Positions 11,357 through 25,524 of a DNA stretch of 49,999 nt are shown here, piece after piece. The notes below the pieces were generated by a model that was given only the letters and a program-made list of their open reading frames with translations, was not told the DNA's origin and searched no databases. The translations under genes were made by a program, and so were the position numbers. Source of the stretch: Octopus bimaculoides (taxonomy: Eukaryota); contig NC_068982.1 in the NCBI RefSeq assembly GCF_001194135.2, forward strand, positions 180,787,127-180,837,125, written 5' to 3'. Every line of letters begins with the position of its first letter. The first letter of the stretch is position 1.

Positions 11357-12723
11357 ATGTATATGCATGCACACATACCTATATACTATTTTGTAGGTTA
11401 TAGGTGTACGGTGACTAATGTGTGCGGCTCTATTCGCAATCCCATATGTTTATTGTCTGATGTTTCATCTAATTATAAACAACTGTTCTCTGACAGGTAC
11501 TTATTTGCTTTTACGATGCCGTTTCCTTGAAATACGCTACAAGTATAAAAGAAATGAAGAAATAATAAAGAGGAAGAATATATACAAATTGTAGAAACAC
11601 GCTTATTGTTGTAACTCGGATTAACTCTAGATTATAAATTAGTAACTGCTTTAGCATATTTCATGAATCTAGCCAACTTATATCGTTAGAATGAAAACCT
11701 ATTGTTCGTGCAGATTTAGACTTAATAAACACTGCAAATTGGACTATAATTAAAATATCGATCAGTAAACGCATTAAAGTGCACATATGTTTATCAACGA
11801 CGATCAATAGTTTATTTCGGTGCATATAGTATAAATAATTTTGTGAAACAAGATTTCAATTTCAATATATTTCAAATTAGAAAAAAATGTTTTAGAATTC
11901 ATTTTAAATCTGAATTTATTGTTTCATTCTTATTTATTTCCCACAGTATTTTCTTGTGAATTTGTTTAGAATTTTAAACTGTTTTATCATTAGACACTCA
12001 TCCATCAAAATACATCTGCTCGTCTAGAAATTAATAGTATGAATTAAACTATAAATTCCATAATGAATGTGATCTGATTGTTTGCTTTATGAAAGTACAT
12101 TAATTGTGAGCTATGCACTTCCAATAACTTTACAGAATAAATCGCCTGATTGACACCTTGTTATTCTGCAATTTCACTCTTCACTGACTTTAAAACATAG
12201 ATCTAACTGGTGACAGCAGAGAACCGAGCAAAAAGCTTTGAGGTATAAATCTACCTTTGTTTACCTTTTGACCTGAAAATGATATTTTCCTTCTTCAGGG
12301 GAAAAGAAAATGCCTGTCAAGTATCGGAATGATATATATATATATACTCGACTACAAACTTCACTTTAAATTTGTGCATTTTCGCCAATGATAGAAATTA
12401 TTTTTTAGGTAATATTTTCTACTAAGGAATATATAACAGGAATAAGCCATATCTAATATTGCGCATTTATTGCAGTTACTATAATATTCATAAATCATGA
12501 GAATGGTCTTGTCAGAGTTTTGCTTTCAATAGCCATTTTGGTCAGGTTAACCTAGTTTTGAAAAACTCATTTTGAGTAAAATTGGATACACATGAAAAAC
12601 AAATACTTACGTTCTTGGCACGTATAAACATTTATATACAGTAACTCCATCTGTTATTTTGATGTCTAAGTTCTGCAATGAACCATACTATTGTTTATTA
12701 CATCTTCAAGGGAGGAAATGAGA

Positions 12724-12870
12724 GGCGGTGTAGTCAAGAACAAATAGAGCATCAGTTAAAATGCTATGCACTCTGAGTTCAAATACTCGCCTAAGTTAGT
12801 TCTGGGCTAACTCATCCCAGGAGTGATAAAATAAAGTAAAAGTGACGGACTAGGATCGATTGAATCACTT
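12724..12870 (+). mobile_element. Old, degenerate SINE family A
   Basis: ggcggtg...ctgagttcaaatactcgcctaagtt...catcccaggagtgataaaataaagta...ctaggatcgatt follows the family A motif order. Confidence 0.5.
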
Positions 12871-15711
12871 ATTGCTAGTGTTTTATCGGATTTGTTCAAA
12901 CAGAGATTACAACTGAGAATCACCTATGATCATTTTTATTGCAGCTGCCACTGTAATTTTTAAATCCGATGAGATGACAGTGTTCATGAACCTTAAAAGA
13001 CCACCGTGACTGTTACAGAGGAAGAGGAAGGGGAAGGTATCTAGAGACCGATGCTCTGGCATGAATACTTGTAACAGAATGGACTCCCTAAAGGCACCGA
13101 TATGTCAGGTGGTGGTATGAAACTTTATGACAGATTATACCTCTCGACCAACTAAACTATGGCAAAATACTTGAAAGCAGAACAAATACGAAACAATGTT
13201 CTCCCAGTTCCACCGTTGCATCGCCTAATTGATACTATCTCATTTGAGCTGATGTAAAATTGAATTCAACGGGCTTTCAATTGAATTCATTGCGCAGCGA
13301 TTCGGATCAAATACCACGAGGCATTTTATGCAACTCATTAATGATACTGCTCTGTATGGTTACAGGTTGCTTTCAACTTCAAACAGGTTTAGTTTTCATA
13401 TGGAGGACTGTGGCTGCCAAAAAAGGTATCGTTACAGTGTAATCATAAAGCAATCAAACAAACTCACGTGGATTTTATGATTAGCTAAATATCTGTTTTA
13501 TCTGTTATCGTATCCGTAGCAAGTTGTCAGAAAAAATCTGTTTGATATAGTTCTTCAGAAGACATATAAATGTTCGTATCTTATCGTGTCCGGTGGTTAG
13601 ACTGTAGGCTTTTGACTACCTTGGAGGATTTTGTGCGTCATTATATATTATGAGTACTTAGAAAACCTATCGCAGAAATTTGTGTGGACATGTAGAGACA
13701 TCTCATGAAGAAAAGCATGCTTACCATTTTGTTATTTTCATTATGATCCATTTTGAAATGAGAAGTTCGTGTTCTATAGAAGAGCAATATTATGAGTCCA
13801 ATTAACTAAGTTTACTATTAATATTGAACCAGCGGATACTTAGGGGGGGGGTGAAGAAATAAAATATCACAGAATTTGAACTTAAGATTCACCAGACAAC
13901 GTGGCATATTCTATATGATTGCTTAAGCTGCTAGTAACAGCAATAACATTTCCCTGAAATCAAACACGTTTTACATTCACAGAAAGTTACACGTTGCCTA
14001 TAATAATATTAGGTTGATGCACGTAGGAAAAATGAGATGGTAACACTTAAAATGCCATTTATCATAAGTCTGCTCAGTCAGGGTTTATCTGGGGTGAGCA
14101 ATAACAACAGGTTCACGTTTAAATAAATGTACCTCACTTTTGTGAAATATTTACACTCAGAAACTTCTGTAATTCCCTTTGCTTCATAAATGTTTCTTCC
14201 TTCAAGGTTTAATGTAAAATCTTGTTTTCTTTTTACATAGTTTTTGATGAATTTATAGGTTATTTGGAAGCCACTTTGAATGACATTTATACAAACGTTT
14301 GCAAGATTGGGTGTGACATTTATATACATTCTGAGAGCGATTGTCTGAAGCTTACACATATTTTCAGAACGCTTTGTGTCAAGTCTGCACATATAAGGCT
14401 AGAATGACGTCTATGTTTTCGAATAGTTTTTGTTCACATTATTGTTTCTTTGTGAGTACCATATTTTGCATGAACTATAGAAATATATTAGAAGAGATAT
14501 GCTCCTTTATAACTAAGATGCTTGACGCTTCGATCATATATTTATAATGATTTACCAATATGAACCGACAGTATCGTTCATGCATTAGCATAAAACTAAC
14601 TGCGTATTGGAGAATTTGTTTTCTGGTATAGTCAGAAATATGTGATATGCCCAAAATACTTTGTTGTCAACCAGCTCGTGTTTACATATATTTTCTCCTA
14701 TTTCTACAGAAAGTAATTTTCACTCAATTGAAGCTACAAAAATTGGAAATCAAACCAAATTCGTGGGCTTAGAAATAAAAGGATACAGTAGGAATAAAAA
14801 TCTATACAGATTAAATTGTTTAAAAAGAAAATCAATATTTAAAAAAAAATATTGCACACATGCCATCATTTGAAATATTGTTATTTAATCTCTGAAAATA
14901 TATTGTAGAATATTGAAGTAAATACAAAGCTTTTAGGTTAGTGCTAAGGCCGAGCATTTGCCTTTGGTCAGAACAAATATTGTGACATAGCACTACAATT
15001 ATGGTAATACATTATCAAATATTTGTTCAATGTCAGATATGTAGGTGATGTACACATCATAACTAAGCTTAAAACTAATTGATATTGAGTGGCATTCACT
15101 ACTTTAGATGCTTTTAAAGAATAGGAACTGATCCAAAATAACTTACATATCTCCTTTGAATGAAAGATGTTGAAGACTTACGGATTAATTGTGTTCGAGC
15201 CAATATAGTTTGCTGGCTTATTTTCTAAAGTTATTGGTTATGTAGGTGTAGCCAAGATTACAAGAAGACTTTTGAACTTCAGATGCAGTTATTTACTGTT
15301 GATACAGTTCATAAGAACTAATGCACATACACTTAAACTTAGTTTTATAATGCAGAAAGCAAGCAAGAGCTATATTTGCACTGGACCATATAATTACCTG
15401 TGTTTTTGCATCGTCTTTTCACATTTTTACTCATGTGTTTCTCAGATAATGACAATCGACTCAGCCTACCATCAAGTAGCAGTAAACACGCCAGCAATGA
15501 ACCTGTCATACAGAATGTCAGATCATCATAGACAAGAACTATTGAAAGATTCTGGAATGTTCCCGTCCAAATAACCTTTAATTAATTCAAAATGAAACAT
15601 GAAAAATTTTGAGAACATGAATTGTGATCACAGCCGTGTATATGGTAACACACTCATACAAACACGGACACAAACACAGAGAGAGAGAGACACACACACA
15701 CACACACACAG

Positions 15712-15764
<53 letters not shown>

Positions 15765-16250
15765 CACACTCACAGGTGTATATAATATACATGTGTGTGT
15801 GTTTGTGTGTGTGTACGTCTCTGTGTCTGTGTGTGTATGTATTTGTGCGTGTTTATGTTAAACTGATACAATATTTAAGGAAATTAAGATCTAAGGTACA
15901 CTCAACTCAAGTTGTAGAAACAACTATGGAATAAATATGTGTATTTATTACATTTTTATTGTTCGCTACAAAATTTCTAAAGAGGAAATCTTCCGGGATA
16001 TAGGAAACGAATTATGACTGACACGAACGACATGTGTCGACGAGGGGAAACGCATGACGGAATATGTTACGTGAAGTGTTTGATAGTTATACTTTGATAT
16101 ATGCACTTATACACATATAGACAAACAATCAGACGGTAAATAGTGACACAAATGAACTATAATATATAAATATATGCATACATAATAAAGACGCATTATA
16201 TATCTCAACATTAATGTTACATATAAAAATATATTAAGACATTCAAAAGC

Positions 16251-16317
<67 letters not shown>

Positions 16318-16878
16318 CAAAGAAGCAGAGGGACGGAAATGCAGCATAAACATACATGCACAAATGCACACTCGCAAAAATGTAGATATATTTACACAAT
16401 CTAATACCTACTTACATATAAACATACATACACAAATATACATACATAGACGCGTTTCAAAAGTTTTATTTAACTGGCTATTTAAGCAGTAGTGAGCAGG
16501 TTTATGTCTTGTTCTTAATATAGGGAAACGCATATTATATTTTCATTTTCAGTTGTGTTGTTGATATAAACAGTATTCCTTCCAGTTAAAATACCCAATT
16601 AAATGGTTATAATGACAAGTTTCAAAATTCAAGTTTAAAAATTAGGTAACGAAAATGCAAATGGTTAGACTGATGAAGTGAGGATGACTATGGAAAGAAA
16701 CCAATAAGAAAAATAAGAACAATGAAAGAAGATTAGGAATGAAGGCAGTCGGAAAACGGCTACAGGAGGATTGTAGATATTGTCTTGCATTGAAATAATC
16801 TCGCTACAGAAAGACAGCTGGAAAGAGATAGTTTTGTGTAATGTACGTGAGATTTCATTATTGCCATTGTTATATTCT

Positions 16879-17081
16879 TTTTCTACTCTAGGCACAAGGC
16901 ACGGAATTTTGCGGCTGTTGGGGGCAGTCGATTAGACCGACCCCAGTATGCAACTCGTACTCAATTTATCGACCCCGAAAGGATGAAAGGCAAAGTTGAC
17001 CTTGGTGGAATTTGAACTCAGAACGTAAAGACAGATGATATACAGCCCGGCATGCTAACATTTCTGCCAGCTCACCACTTT
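16879..17081 (-). mobile_element. tRNA-derived SINE family A
   Basis: Contains tttatcgaccccgaaaggatgaaaggcaaagttgacc...gaatttgaactcag and head ctgccagctcacc; internal deletion relative to other copies. Confidence 0.9.
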
Positions 17082-17728
17082 ACTGCCATAGTTATATTGA
17101 GATTATGTTTGTTGTAGTATTTTTATGTGGGGTGACAATGCATTTATATATCTGAATTTATGTAGGTTAAAGTATTAGAATGGTATTGCCAAAAGGAAAA
17201 GGATGTTTACTTCGTAAATTACAAGTCTAAATGCTTAACGTTAGCTTACTGATCAAAATTTTAGAGAAATATCTAATTTTAAGAAATTTATAGATCTATC
17301 ATGTTTTATTTTCTATACTGAATGTGAAAGATAATGTACATGTGTTTACTATTTGTCTATATGAACGCTCGAGTGTGTGTGTGAGTATATATGTTATTGT
17401 GTAGGGAAGTGTAGACGTATTAAGCTATTTATTTGTCTGGAATTGTAAAAGTAATGACTTCATAAAATGGTGAATGTAGTTTAGGGTTTCTCAAAAGTAA
17501 TTAAGTGAACTTTCTAATACCGNNNNNNNNNNNNNNNNNNNNNNNNNNNNNNNNNNNNNNNNNNNNNNNNNNNNNNNNNNNNNNNNNNNNNNNNNNNNNN
17601 NNNNNNNNNNNNNNNNNNNNNNNNNNNNNNNNNNNNNNNNNNNNNNNNNNNNNNNNNNNNNNNNNNNNNNNNNNNNNNNNNNNNNNNNNNNNNNNTATCT
17701 ATCTATCTATCTATCTGTCTATCTATCG

Positions 17729-17754
<26 letters not shown>

Positions 17755-17764
<10 letters not shown>

Positions 17765-18500
17765 GATGGCTTGTTATTTGTGTGAGGTGTGTGTGATGTG
17801 GGGGAGGGGGAAACAGTCTTGGAATTTTCTTTCTTTTCCCCTGCTTCCTCACTTGTTGTTTTTGCAGATGCTGTTGTCTTCTCAGTTGCCAGTGTTGCTT
17901 GTGTTTCTCTTGTTTTGATTGTTGATGGTGGTGTTGGTAGTAGGTTTTTTTTTCCGGGTTTTGGTGGTTGCCCTTGTTGCTTTTTTTGGTTGGCGGCGGT
18001 TGGGCAACTGTCCTTGAGGTGTGCCTCGCTGCCGCATACATAACAACGCAATTGACGAAACGTAACCCTCCGAAAGTGATCGACAGCATCGGATACTGAC
18101 ATTTCGCACTTTCTGCTGCCAAACAGTGTCGTGTACTTTCCCCGATTTCAAATTCAGTTCGCAAATGCTTGCTACAAATATACACAAATGCTTTAATATC
18201 TATTTGCTCATGCGCTCTAACGCCGCACAAGTAGAACTAAATTCAATTTTTGTTAGAAGTAGCTCAATATTGTTACCATTATCACTATCACATATCAAAT
18301 GTACGTGGGTTACTGCAGACTCGTAATTACGATATTTCATCTGAGGAGGTAATGCGTTCCAAAACGTTGAATATTTCAAAGTTAAACGAAACAAAACTAC
18401 CTCGGAAGTGAATGAGAACTGCAGTAGTAGCATAATGTTGGCTATTTCGAATTTCTTTAGGAAGTGGGGAAAATAAACGACGCAATAGGGCAACAAAATT
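17755..18500 (-). mobile_element. gag-like / LINE ORF1 relic with CCHC zinc knuckle
   Basis: ORF 17755..18102 has CYVCGSEAHLKDSC (CX2CX4HX4C) followed by a K/P/T-rich tail. The upstream region is frameshifted. No RT is adjacent (next to a gap). Confidence 0.55.
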
Positions 18501-19380
18501 ATGAAGTATCAATAACTGTGGTTCTGATGAACATGCGGGACAATTTCGTTTTGCCTAGTTTTGAGAAATACTATGGTTTTAGCACCACAAATGTTTAAAG
18601 AGACCAACCTTAGAGGACATAAGGTAACCATCATCCTTTAACAACGGACAAAATGTAGTGATTAGTAACAAAGCTTGTTCAACCTATGTCGTATTAAACT
18701 TCCTATCTATATATCTATCTAGCTAGCTATCTAATATATGATATATATATATATATNNNNNNNNNNNNNNNNNNNNNNNNNNNNNNNNNNNNNNNNNNNN
18801 NNNNNNNNNNNNNNNNNNNNNNNNNNNNNNNNNNNNNNNNNNNNNNNNNNNNNNNNNNNNNNNNNNNNNNNNNNNNNNNNNNNNNNNNNNNNNNNNNNNN
18901 NNNNNNNNNNNNNNNNNNNNNNNNNNNNNNNNNNNNNNNNNNNNNNNNNNNNNNNNNNNNNNNNNNNNNNNNNNNNNNNNNNNNNNNNNNNNNNNNNNNN
19001 NNNNNNNNNNNNNNNNNNNNNNNNNNNNNNNNNNNNNNNNNNNNNNNNNNNNNNNNNNNNNNNNNNNNNNNNNNNNNNNNNNNNNNNNNNNNNNNNNNNN
19101 NNNNNNNNNNNNNNNNNNNNNNNNNNNNNNNNNNNNNNNNNNNNNNNNNNNNNNNNNNNNNNNNNNNNNNNNNNNNNNNNNNNNNNNNNNNNNNNNNNNN
19201 NNNNNNNNNNNNNNNNNNNNNNNNNNNNNNNNNNNNNNNNNNNNNNNNNNNNNNNNNNNNNNNNNNNNNNNNNNNNNNNNNNNNNNNNNNNNNNNNNNNN
19301 NNNNNNNNNNNNNNNNNNNNNNNNNNNNNNNNNNNNNNNNNNNNNNNNNNNNNNNNNNNNNNNNNNNNNNNNNNNNNNNN

Positions 19381-19422
<42 letters not shown>

Positions 19423-20664
19423 TAATATAATATATATAATATGTACATACATGTGCGTGTGCACATGTGTATATTAACAGGAAATAGTGAGATTAAATTA
19501 TAAATATCAAATATAAATTTTAATACCTATTATTAGAAATCAACAGTAAAACGAAAACAATCGCAGAAAGATCAAGTCTATAACCATATACGTGAATGCC
19601 CGTCAGCAAAATGAACTACATATTTCTATTTAATGTATATAAATACTGAAAGATACAATTTTGTATAAGTGAGTATATTAATTCGAAAAACAGCATGTTG
19701 CTACTTAAAGTAACATAACTTAAATACACTCGCATGTATATATATATATGTCTATATATAAAGTCTAGGGCTTGTGTAAACATCTAAATAAGGTCACACA
19801 CTAAAATTCATACTTATGGTACGCACATACATATACTATCATATATATATGCACGTATAAATATATATATATATATATATATANNNNNNNNNNNNNNNNN
19901 NNNNNNNNNNNNNNNNNNNNNNNNNNNNNNNNNNNNNNNNNNNNNNNNNNNNNNNNNNNNNNNNNNNNNNNNNNNNNNNNNNNNNNNNNNNNNNNNNNNN
20001 NNNNNNNNNNNNNNNNNNNNNNNNNNNNNNNNNNNNNNNNNNNNNNNNNNNNNNNNNNNNNNNNNNNNNNNNNNNNNNNNNNNNNNNNNNNNNNNNNNNN
20101 NNNNNNNNNNNNNNNNNNNNNNNNNNNNNNNNNNNNNNNNNNNNNNNNNNNNNNNNNNNNNNNNNNNNNNNNNNNNNNNNNNNNNNNNNNNNNNNNNNNN
20201 NNNNNNNNNNNNNNNNNNNNNNNNNNNNNNNNNNNNNNNNNNNNNNNNNNNNNNNNNNNNNNNNNNNNNNNNNNNNNNNNNNNNNNNNNNNNNNNNNNNN
20301 NNNNNNNNNNNNNNNNNNNNNNATATATATATGTATATGTATATATACGCATACATAATATAATACTTATATACATATATACACTTGCCTAAATACATAT
20401 ATCCATATTCAAATATACAAAAATATAAAAGCAAATGCGTGTTTATATGTGTGTGAGTGTGTGAATGTGTAAGTGTGTTAGCACGTACGTGTTTTTGTGT
20501 GTGTGCGCACGTATACATACATGCACATACCACCATACACACACACATTTATGTACATTATACGGAGGCTGCAATAAAAACAAAAGCACCACATAACTAC
20601 GCAATGATAACAAGCACAAAAATTTGTATACCCCGCAAATATTTATATCATACTTTATATAAGT

Positions 20665-21190
20665 GCACGTGTGGTTGTGTGATACAACGATTGCTGTTTT
20701 CATCCTACCCACATGGTTCCCAGGTTAGTCCCACTGCATGGCACCCTTGGGCAAGTGTCTACTACTACAACACCTGACCGATCAAAGCCTTTTGAATTGA
20801 TTTTGGAGATGCAAACTTATAAAAAGCCCGTTATACATATATACAAACTTATTAGGTGTTTAAATGTGCTTGAGCCATATTCGAACCCACAGTCTGGTTA
20901 AGTGGCGCTGCGACCTGATTCGGTGCATTTATACCCATTTGACAACGGCATGAAATTTTCTCCTTAACAAAACACGGTGCATACAGTTTCCAATATGCGC
21001 GCGTGCTTGTACATTTCCATCGCTTGACAACTGTGGTTGGTGGGCTTATCATCCCGAAATTAGTGGTTCGACAAAAGAAACCGATAGAAAATGTTGCAGG
21101 CTTGAAGAAATAAAAAATATAAGCCCTGAGAAAAATTTGTTTGACTACAATCATCAAGGTGGCGTTCCAGCCGGCCGCTATTTAAAGACT
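20665..21190 (+). mobile_element. SINE family D (CORE-like) with ~170-bp internal insert
   Basis: Head with cccacatggttcccaggttagtcccactgcatggcacccttgggcaagtgtct (CORE-like); 3' part catcgcttgacaac...gtggttcgacaaaagaaaccgatag...gttccagccggccgc. Confidence 0.8.
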
Positions 21191-21670
21191 GGCGCAAGAA
21201 AATACAAAAGTTAAAAGAGATTAGTTAAATGTAAATACGGTATATTTAAAATGATTGCAGCCATTGAATAAGTACTATGCGTTGTATAGAGGAATGAAAT
21301 CAATTCTTAGGAAGGTATGGATTGAGAAACGGAGGAAACAGTTTCCTAAGAGGTATTATAAATTGAAGTTATCTATTCTTCCTTGTAGAACTTTTTTATA
21401 AGACACTCATATAATTTTCTCCTTTTTCTCATACATTGTACGGTTCTTGCTGTGGTTCTTTCTATCGTTTAATTTACCCTTACATATCGTCTCTACTATG
21501 TATAGGACTAAACTTGATTCAACCAATAGATTTTGCTTGTAACGTCTAATGCGAAAGATACCTGTATCACTGTATCTAAATGGAATGATAGCCGATGTGG
21601 CACATGCTAATTCATACATACTGGCCAATATATGAACAGAAAACCCGGAATAATATGAACAAACGCAATT

Positions 21671-21953
21671 ATGAATCGCAAAGGCAGAAATTTAATTTAC
21701 TGCATCAAATGCCCAAATTGTGAACAACTATATGTAGGTCAGACTGCAAATGCACTATGAGAACGTTCACGTGTGCATCGACAGCAATTTAGTGACTCAG
21801 ACATCCGTCAGATACCTTTGAGTAACCATCGAGTAGCATGCGGTCGTAAAATATTTATAATGTTTTCATTCTACAAACTACAAAGTCCAATTGAAATTGA
21901 AAGAAAACCAGAGAAAGAACTTTATTAATATATTCCAATCCAAGCTAAATAAA
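21671..21953 (+). pseudogene. Penelope-type GIY-YIG endonuclease relic (not in the ORF track)
   Basis: Hand translation NLIYCIKCPNCEQLYVGQTANAL*ERSRVHRQ...SNH...C; after a frameshift KNFINIFQSKLNK*. This is the typical PLE GIY-YIG layout with a CxxC insert. Confidence 0.8.
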
Positions 21954-22744
21954 TAATAATACTAATACTTAGAGGTATTATTTCTACTGCTACGACCACT
22001 GCCACAACCAACAACAACAATAGTAAAGGTACTCATTGTGACGATAGCAGGGAAATACAAGCTAAGTCAACAGAAAAGTCATTAAAAATTATCTTATTTT
22101 GAGGTATAAATTTCGATTACTACAGCTACTCCTACCACCAGCACCACCACCACCACCACCACCACCGCCGCCGCCGCCAACAACAGCAACAACGATAACA
22201 ATAATAAAGAAGATGATAATGATGATGATAATTGAAATGTAAAAATCCTTGAGAAATGTTGTTTAAAATATTTCTAAAAATAACCCAACGATTACTGCTT
22301 TGGTCAGAGTCAAAATACAGGCCTCTTGATATGTTCAACAAACCGTGTGCAGAATCCAAACACCAATCAACTTAAGTAATTTAGTAAAATTACACACTGA
22401 TTGGACAGAATACAGTTTGCAAAAATTAATATTCTGGAGCCTATACAAATATATTTAAGGCACGCAGTTTAGTCATCTTGCTACAGATGCAAATTGTAAA
22501 ACAAAACTGTTACCAATACGACATGAATCTGAAGATTACATGGTTTAATGCATGAAAGTACTAGTTCAATCAGAATGGGCATTTAATAGTCTATCTTTTC
22601 ATTATATTATATTATGTTATGTTATATTATTATAAGATTATAAATAAAACGTGAAAATCAAAAAAAAAAATTTTTGAGTAATACATTCTTCTATACACAA
22701 TCATACACACCCGTGTATCTGTGTGTGCGTGTATACACACATAC

Positions 22745-22777
<33 letters not shown>

Positions 22778-24008
22778 NNNNNNNNNNNNNNNNNNNNNNN
22801 NNNNNNNNNNNNNNNNNNNNNNNNNNNNNNNNNNNNNNNNNNNNNNNNNNNNNNNNNNNNNNNNNNNNNNNNNNNNNNNNNNNNNNNNNNNNNNNNNNNN
22901 NNNNNNNNNNNNNNNNNNNNNNNNNNNNNNNNNNNNNNNNNNNNNNNNNNNNNNNNNNNNNNNNNNNNNNNNNNNNNNNNNNNNNNNNNNNNNNNNNNNN
23001 NNNNNNNNNNNNNNNNNNNNNNNNNNNNNNNNNNNNNNNNNNNNNNNNNNNNNNNNNNNNNNNNNNNNNNNNNNNNNNNNNNNNNNNNNNNNNNNNNNNN
23101 NNNNNNNNNNNNNNNNNNNNNNNNNNNNNNNNNNNNNNNNNNNNNNNNNNNNNNNNNNNNNNNNNNNNNNNNNNNNNNNNNNNNNNNNNNNNNNNNNNNN
23201 NNNNNNNNNNNNNNNACACACACACACACACACACACACTCACACACACATACACACACATACACACACACACACACATACATTCATACGTGCACATTTT
23301 ATACGTCCACATTTCATACACACACACAGCTAGTGTGTGTGTACATCCGTGTTTGTTTTATAAAATTTGCAAATGCTCTGCTGGACAAATTAACATGCTG
23401 TACGTAGAATAATTTGTGCAATTTAGCGCTATAGCTAAGTATTTTGTTAAAGAAAAATTGATAGCAACATGTGTACGATGCTTTAACAACTTTCAAAAAT
23501 TTCAAATTGCTTATAATTTAATTGTGAACGTATTCTTGTTTAAATATTTCCCAGCTGGATATGATTCAAATCACAAATAAATCTCGTCTATTTCACTTAG
23601 TACAACAGAAGCAACATAACAATAACAAGGACAGCAATTAGAACAACAACAAAAGAAATATTATTTTTTAAAACCGTGTACGATTATGAACATTCTTTGC
23701 AGTTTTCATTAGTGAATTAGCGTTCTAAAAGTTTTTATTGGAATATTTTAACTATATTTCCATCATCAACGGGGACCAACTTTCCATGTTGCTAATCAAT
23801 TATACGTACAGGCTACATATGTGCCATCTCTCATTGGAAACAGACAATTTGACTAAATTGAATTTCAAATAAAATTTTTTCCTCAAAAGCTAACCGATCA
23901 AAGACACAAACATAATTATACAACCAATAATGAATATAAGATTCTCAGCATCGTGTATATTTTTGGGTTCTTAATATCGTTGTCGTTCACAAGTGCGCCT
24001 ATGTGTAT

Positions 24009-24049
<41 letters not shown>

Positions 24050-24050
<1 letters not shown>

Positions 24051-24450
24051 TATTGTTGATTTGGGGATAGTCATGTTGCCAGTTTAGTTAATGAAGACAC
24101 ACGCACTGTATATTTGGTGTTAACTTGCTTCAGATTTATATTACATTAATCGTATTTCGGCCAGAGTTCTTTCGTCACACTTCTGTGACCTCATCAGTGA
24201 TCCTTTGCTTTCTTCTTTCATATTTGTGTCCCTCCTTACCAACGATCAGCCCTTTTGTATTTTGTATTCCTATTGTATGTGTCGATATTTGCCCATGTTT
24301 GTCCCTCTATGTGTGTGTCTATGTTTAGTAAGTGCATGTGTGTGTATGGGGAGTGCCTGCATTATCTGTATCCCCTGTTTATACATGTTCGTTTAATTTG
24401 TTTAATTTGCTTTTATTTAATTGTTCATGTGTTTATACCAACTTTTTTGT
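24050..24450 (-). mobile_element. ~400-bp non-coding repeat carrying a hammerhead motif, copy 1
   Basis: Colinear with 38050-38450 over its whole length; no ORF of note. Confidence 0.8.
24159..24203 (-). ncRNA. Minimal type-I hammerhead ribozyme motif
   Basis: Minus strand GGAUCA-CUGAUGA-G-GUCACA-GAAG-UGUGAC-GAAA-GAACUC-UGGCC: 6-bp stem II with tetraloop, 2-bp stem III (AG/CU) with AA loop, CUC cleavage triplet, bulged stem I. Confidence 0.7.
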
Positions 24451-25482
24451 GTACGGGGTAGCCAACTGTTTGACGGATATTTGTTATGTATCAAAATTAA
24501 TATAGTTTAGTATTTGCGTACTCTATGTATTAATTCATTGGAGTTTGTGTTAATTTGTGAGATATCAAACAGTAAGGCTAGTCGATAATAGCTAAGTTAA
24601 TGGTAATGAAAAGTAGCGGACAACACATCGAATGATGGTAACTTTTGAGCTCGTGCATTCAAGCCACTTAAATATGAATCTTATAATTGTACATACACCT
24701 CATGCCGTCTTACAAAACATAATCCGATATAGTAATAACAATGCGCAATTACTGACTGTTTTGATAGCTTATAATACTGATTCATTTGCTATCCTTGTCT
24801 CTGTACACTGAATTTAATTCCTCTCAGAAATTATATTGTTTTCTGATTCACAAAATCTATTCATTGGTAAACTTGCATATCTCCAGTTTCATGAAATTAG
24901 ATATATATCACCCACATACGCACTTTCTTATGACTACAGACTTGTAGAATGCAACTTTATATGATGAAATAATACCTAATCTCTGCATCTTGGTGAAATG
25001 ACGCAGTACAGAATATATATCTACATATAGTTACAGAATCACAACGAAATTGTGAAAGTAGTATCGAACTAATGGCCCATGAGGAACGACTCCAATACCT
25101 CATCCATTTGGCATGGTGAGATACACATCAAAGGGTTAACTGCAATTTAATCCTTTCTTCATTACTTCAGTAGCATAAAAGATGCTCCGAGACGAAATGA
25201 ATTTGGATTAAAGCATCAGAATATTTCTAACAACCTTATTCAGGATTTTAATTAAATGGAGATTTCGTAAGCAGAAAAACCATTCAAGTTCAAACATTAA
25301 TCCAAATCCTTTTACTTATTTCTGTCAATTCCGTTTTCTATTATTTCATTAGGAGAATGATAGAACATAGACAAAACATAAACACCCACACGTACGCATA
25401 CACTTACACACAAACACACCAATACAAGCCAGTTTAAATATATATATATATATTTATATATAGTTACATACCTACATATACA

Positions 25483-25524
<42 letters not shown>

